From an uncultured Mycoplasmatales bacterium (GTDB taxonomy: Bacteria; Bacillota_I; Bacilli_A; UBA3375), in NCBI GenBank assembly GCA_964522645.1, contig CAZFWW010000001.1, forward strand, positions 1 through 40,327: a stretch of DNA of 40,327 nt, written 5' to 3'. How positions within the stretch are numbered: position 1 is the stretch's first letter; every line of letters begins with the position of its first letter. Below, in pieces: positions 36,511-40,327 of the stretch. Under the pieces are notes generated by a model. It saw nothing but the letters and a program-made list of their open reading frames with translations. It was not told the origin of the DNA and searched no databases. A program made the position numbers and the translations under genes.

Positions 36511-36538
36511 ACTTTCTATAATATATATTATGTAAACT
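36511..36538 (+). other. dif: dif site (XerC/XerD chromosome dimer resolution site)
   Basis: ACTTTCTATAA-TATATA-TTATGTAAACT: 26/28 match to B. subtilis dif ACTTCCTAGAATATATATTATGTAAACT (recalled); intergenic, at the gene-orientation switch. Confidence 0.93.
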
Positions 36539-36574
36539 AGAATCTATAATAACGGAAATAATATATATAGTTAT

Positions 36575-37183
36575 TTATTTAAATTCAACTCCTTCTATAA
36601 AATTAAATTTATTATAAAGTAAGTATGATATGCCAAACCCAATTAGGTATAAAATTATATCATTCACATCAAATATCCCCACCCTAAATATTGCTTGAAC
36701 TATTTCTATAATTATACTTATAGCGATAAAATTAAGTAGTTTAATTTTGGGTAATACGAATTTTATTGGTATAAACATTGTTATATTTGCTACCAATACT
36801 AATAGTGATATATTTGTTCCGCCATAATTAAATAACTCTAATGGATTCCAAACATATTGAACCTCAAAGTAAATTGATCCTCTTAAAAATAGGAAAATAA
36901 ATAATATTACTAAATATACTGCTTTTAGCAATTTCATTGATACTTTAGATACTCTTTTATATTTAAAATAAAGTATTAAAGTTTCTATTATTATATATGT
37001 TAAAATAGTACCTGAAATTATTACTATCAAATAAACTAAAGATGTTACATAAGTATTTTCTAAAAAAATTACACTTCCCAATAAAAAACTTATATAACTC
37101 ATATGTATATAATAGTATATTACAAATGAAACAACCCATAAAAATATTGTTAATAATTTCGTTGGAGCGTTTTTTGATTTCAT
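36575..37183 (-). CDS. VanZ-family membrane protein
   Basis: WNPL, ANITMFIP, SIIIEIVQ, GIFDVNDIILY motifs; multiple TMs; GAGG RBS. Confidence 0.75.
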   Translation of the reverse strand: MKSKNAPTKLLTIFLWVVSFVIYYYIHMSYISFLLGSVIFLENTYVTSLVYLIVIISGTILTYIIIETLILYFKYKRVSKVSMKLLKAVYLVILFIFLFLRGSIYFEVQYVWNPLELFNYGGTNISLLVLVANITMFIPIKFVLPKIKLLNFIAISIIIEIVQAIFRVGIFDVNDIILYLIGFGISYLLYNKFNFIEGVEFK

Positions 37184-37243
37184 ATTTTACCTCTTTTCTA
37201 AACTACATACAATTTAAACCAAAATATTTAACTGCATACAATT

Positions 37244-37272
37244 ATTATACCAATAAAACAGAGTACTAACAA
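37244..37272 (-). promoter_or_regulatory. Sigma-A promoter for the VanZ-like gene
   Basis: Minus strand TTGTTA-17 bp-TATAAT with TG extension. Confidence 0.6.
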
Positions 37273-37313
37273 AGAAAAATTGCATCTTACCTATCTTCTT
37301 ATATCAATTTAAA

Positions 37314-37357
37314 CAAAAATAAAACTGTATGAGTCCAACTAAGAACTAACACAGTTT
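37314..37357 (-). terminator. Probable intrinsic terminator after the M15B gene
   Basis: Minus strand aaactgtgttagttc-ttagtt-ggactcatacagttt (14/15 pairs including G-U) then tattttt. Confidence 0.55.
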
Positions 37358-37382
37358 ATTGTTTATTGCATATTCTATACGA

Positions 37383-38399
37383 TTATTTGTAGTATATTGG
37401 ATAATCTATTCCTAAATACTCCTCAATTGTCTCCTCAGGGCTTTCATCATAGATATTGGTAGCAGTTTCTACACCTACATAACGATAATGCCATGGTTCA
37501 AATTCATATCCAGTAATAGACTTTTTCCCTAATTGATAACGAAGGACAAATCCATACTTATGCGCATTGTCTTTTAACCACTTACCCTCTCTTGTTGAAG
37601 AATAACAAGATTCTAATGTACATTTTCCATCTGCTGCTCCAAAATCTACTGCAAGTCCCGTTTGGTGTTCACTAGTTCCAGGAATCGCACTTAAACTCGC
37701 TGCTGCTTGATATCCCATATCATTAACATACTTATCAAATAATATTTTTTGATAATCGAATTCTCGATATGAACTTAAAACTGTTATTTCAACTCCGTCT
37801 GATGCCGCTGCATCAAGCATCTTTTTTTGTTGTTCAATTCTTTCATCCATTAATGGTGAAACAAAATCATAGTCAAGACAATTACTCTTATTTGCAATTA
37901 AAATACCTTCATATTCAGTATTTTCACATACTTCACGTACATCATTTAGAATTAATAATTCTTGTTGACGTAAATATTTTTCTAATAGCGATTCATGCCA
38001 TGATTCTTCAAGTTTTAAATTATTTTCATTTAATAATTTATCATTTCGCTCAGTTAATGTTTCATATTGTTCTTTTTTCGTTTTATAATAATCTTCAAGC
38101 TCTTCTTCAATTGATTCTAATGTCTTTAAATCCTTCACCTGTCGGTTAATATTTTTTTCCTTTAAACCAATCTCTTTTGTTATTTCATCATATAAATAAT
38201 TAATATTAGTTACATGCTCCTGCGATTCAGCTGGTTTACGATTACTTAACAATTTAAAAATCCTCTCTTCTGAAAACCCTAAATTAGATAATGTTGTTTC
38301 ATTTTTACTAATAATTACAACTCGTTTTTGATCTATATATAGATACCCAACAGAAATTACTAGTATAAAAGCGGCTATTAAAAACCTTTTTTTTAACAT
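37383..38399 (-). CDS. M15B Zn-dependent carboxypeptidase (VanY/LdcB-like), membrane-anchored
   Basis: SSYR...Q, SAIPGTSEHQTGLAVD, NAHKYGFVLRY, EPWHYRYVG; N-terminal TM and coiled-coil stalk. Confidence 0.9.
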   Translation of the reverse strand: MLKKRFLIAAFILVISVGYLYIDQKRVVIISKNETTLSNLGFSEERIFKLLSNRKPAESQEHVTNINYLYDEITKEIGLKEKNINRQVKDLKTLESIEEELEDYYKTKKEQYETLTERNDKLLNENNLKLEESWHESLLEKYLRQQELLILNDVREVCENTEYEGILIANKSNCLDYDFVSPLMDERIEQQKKMLDAAASDGVEITVLSSYREFDYQKILFDKYVNDMGYQAAASLSAIPGTSEHQTGLAVDFGAADGKCTLESCYSSTREGKWLKDNAHKYGFVLRYQLGKKSITGYEFEPWHYRYVGVETATNIYDESPEETIEEYLGIDYPIYYK

Positions 38400-38406
38400 A
38401 ATTCTC

Positions 38407-39159
38407 CTATTTAATTTTAATAATTACACTTGCGTCAGATTTTTGATTATCTGTATCACTTGCAATTACTTTTAGTTTATACTCTCCTGGGATTGAACGT
38501 TCTAAATTTGATAAATCTACAGTCATGCTGATTTCACTATTTTTATCTTCTTTATCCGTTGCTTTTGCCCCTGATTCCTTAATAATTAATTTTATTAAGT
38601 CCTCATCATTCAATTTTTCGATTTTTGACTTACGTATTGTAACCTTTCGATTCTTAATTTCAATTATTGGTTTTTGATTATAGACAATATTTATTAAACC
38701 ATTTGCAGATAACTCAGGATTACTTCCAGAATTTGTTGTGAAAGTAACACTGATCGTATTTTCTGTTTTCTTCTCCGATTTAACAGTAACTTCAACTTCT
38801 TTTGTTCCCTTTGTTGCACTAACTCCAAAGAGTTCTATTAATTCTGCATCAGTGAACTCCTTATAACTAGTATTTAGAATATCAATGCGATCATTTTCCA
38901 TATCAAGACTTAATTCATCATTTGAAAAAAAACTTGTAATTTTTTCCCACCAACTTTGATCAACGTTTTCGGTTTGAAAAGTTTCAATTTCATCAGTTGT
39001 CTTGTACGCATTTATATCCGTCTTATTTTCAAAAGTGGGAAGATTCAGCGTAATATTATTACTATTAGGATTATAGAATATATTGGGATTCAAAATAACA
39101 AGACTACCACTTATAACTACCAATACTACAGCTAAGACAATTCTAAACTTGTATTTCAT
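38407..39159 (-). CDS. Membrane-anchored extracellular protein with Ig-like domain(s)
   Basis: N-terminal signal/TM; C-terminal KATDKED...PGEYKLKVIASDTD pattern. Confidence 0.55.
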   Translation of the reverse strand: MKYKFRIVLAVVLVVISGSLVILNPNIFYNPNSNNITLNLPTFENKTDINAYKTTDEIETFQTENVDQSWWEKITSFFSNDELSLDMENDRIDILNTSYKEFTDAELIELFGVSATKGTKEVEVTVKSEKKTENTISVTFTTNSGSNPELSANGLINIVYNQKPIIEIKNRKVTIRKSKIEKLNDEDLIKLIIKESGAKATDKEDKNSEISMTVDLSNLERSIPGEYKLKVIASDTDNQKSDASVIIKIK

Positions 39160-39161
39160 AA

Positions 39162-40232
39162 TTAACGATTAGTTATTTCTTTAAATTCTGTCATGTTAAT
39201 GCGTTTAACAAATTCAGTTATTAAATTGACAGCTTCAAGAACATCATTTTTATTTATAATTGATGCCTGACTGTGAATATATCTTGTTGCAATAACTAAA
39301 GTTACTGTTGGTGTCCCAGCATTTTTAGTATGAATTGCTCCTCCATCAGTTCCACCTGCTGTTAGGAAGTCTAGTTGCAATTTGATTCCTAATTCAGAAG
39401 CCAAATCAACCAAATAATTTCTTAATCCTGGATGAGCAATTAGCGTTGCATCCATTACAAGTAAAACTGGACCATCACCGGCTGCTGCATTTAATTCGCC
39501 TTTAGTAATTTTAGGATTATTTGCATCAATTCCAGTATCAATGGCAATTGCTAAATCAGGTTTTACTAAATTTGCTGATGTATGTGCCCCACGAAGTCCA
39601 ACCTCTTCTTGAACTGTTGCAACACCATAAATATTACTTTCAAGTTCTAAATCCTTGATATTTTTCATAACTTGTGCCATAATATAACATCCAATACGAT
39701 TATCCCAACCTTTTGCTAACAAGAAATCTGAATTATTCATAACTTCAAAGTCAATATCTGGTGTAATCATATCACCTATGCGAATCCCTAAATTCTCAAC
39801 CTCTGCTTTTGAATAAACACCTAAATCTAAAAATAAATCATCAAGTTCCACTACCTTTTTGCGTTCTTCTACTTTTAAAATATGTGGTGGTTTTGATCCG
39901 ATAACTCCTGTTATTTTTCGTCCATCTCTTGTAGTAATTCGTAATTTTTGTGCTAAAAGGACATGAGACCACCAACCACCAGCTGGTTTAATGTAGATAA
40001 ATCCTTTATCATCAATTCGGCTTACAACAAAACCTACCTCATCCATATGTCCGGCAAGCATTACTCGTAAGTCGCTTTTCCCCTTTTTTAAACTTACAAA
40101 AGAACCAATATTATCACTAGTAATTTCATCTACTACTGATTCTAGTTCTGTTTTTAATACATTATAAATTTCTTTTTCATTTCCTGGTATACCATCACTA
40201 TTTACCAGCTTTTCAGCAAACTTTAAATCCAT
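39162..40232 (-). CDS. M42-family aminopeptidase (glutamyl aminopeptidase-like)
   Basis: AGHMDEVG, KGWDNRIG, QEEVGLRGA, GGTDGG, RYIHS. Confidence 0.93.
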   Translation of the reverse strand: MDLKFAEKLVNSDGIPGNEKEIYNVLKTELESVVDEITSDNIGSFVSLKKGKSDLRVMLAGHMDEVGFVVSRIDDKGFIYIKPAGGWWSHVLLAQKLRITTRDGRKITGVIGSKPPHILKVEERKKVVELDDLFLDLGVYSKAEVENLGIRIGDMITPDIDFEVMNNSDFLLAKGWDNRIGCYIMAQVMKNIKDLELESNIYGVATVQEEVGLRGAHTSANLVKPDLAIAIDTGIDANNPKITKGELNAAAGDGPVLLVMDATLIAHPGLRNYLVDLASELGIKLQLDFLTAGGTDGGAIHTKNAGTPTVTLVIATRYIHSQASIINKNDVLEAVNLITEFVKRINMTEFKEITNR

Positions 40233-40246
40233 ATATTATTCCTCCC

Positions 40247-40270
40247 AAAAAAAGAGCCCGAAGGCTCTTT
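40247..40270 (-). terminator. Intrinsic terminator after hpf
   Basis: Minus strand aaagagcc-ttcg-ggctcttttttt. Confidence 0.85.
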
Positions 40271-40275
40271 ACTTT

Positions 40276-40327
40276 TTATGCTTCTAATTCAATTATACCA
40301 TATTGACCATCTTTACGTTTGTAAATT
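40276..40327 (-). CDS. hpf: 3' end of ribosome hibernation promoting factor (long HPF), partial
   Basis: Minus strand translates IYKRKDGQYGIIELEA*, matching the long-HPF C-terminal YxRKDGxYGxIE motif; not in the ORF track. Confidence 0.8.
   Translation of the reverse strand, partial: IYKRKDGQYGIIELEA

Noticed and set aside
37769..38149. 126-aa plus-strand ORF and the other short antisense/overlapping ORFs in the track
   Set aside because: Fully nested in well-supported genes, with no motifs
1..40327. CRISPR array, tRNA/rRNA, IS or prophage, and TGA-Trp recoding
   Set aside because: No regularly spaced repeats, cloverleafs or transposase/integrase motifs seen; genes use TGG for Trp and several end correctly at TGA

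Overview
AT-rich chromosomal DNA from a walled, low-GC Bacillota (Bacilli-like) bacterium using the standard genetic code; cell-wall enzymes are present. The key structural signal is non-coding: a near-perfect Firmicutes-type dif site (ACTTTCTATAA-TATATA-TTATGTAAACT, 36511-36538). It lies in the gap where gene orientation flips: 40 of 41 genes to its left are on +, and all 5 to its right are on -. The window therefore very likely spans the replication terminus. Gene content is mostly housekeeping and metabolic: a partial SLT/Apf-like cell-wall protein, uraA, a 7-gene folate/pABA operon (folE, folB-folK fusion, pabA, pabB, pabC, folP, folC), aqpZ, a BMP lipoprotein, rsuA, the trmR-trhP1-trhP2-udk-greA cluster, ndk, a PRD regulator with a fructose-family PTS IIABC, ppaC, an S1 protein with an unusual N-terminal extension, an ABC exporter, pepT, thiN, dps and a rhodanese-CoADR/RHD-arsC operon. 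Beyond dif lie VanZ-like, VanY/M15B, Ig-like and M42 peptidase genes and the 3' end of hpf. No tRNA, rRNA, CRISPR array or transposase was recognised. Best leads for new biology: a candidate ~110-nt sRNA beside dif, the extended S1 protein, a structured leader/small ORF before the ABC exporter, and several candidate operators and a bidirectional promoter. All family calls come from motif recognition by eye, with no database search.
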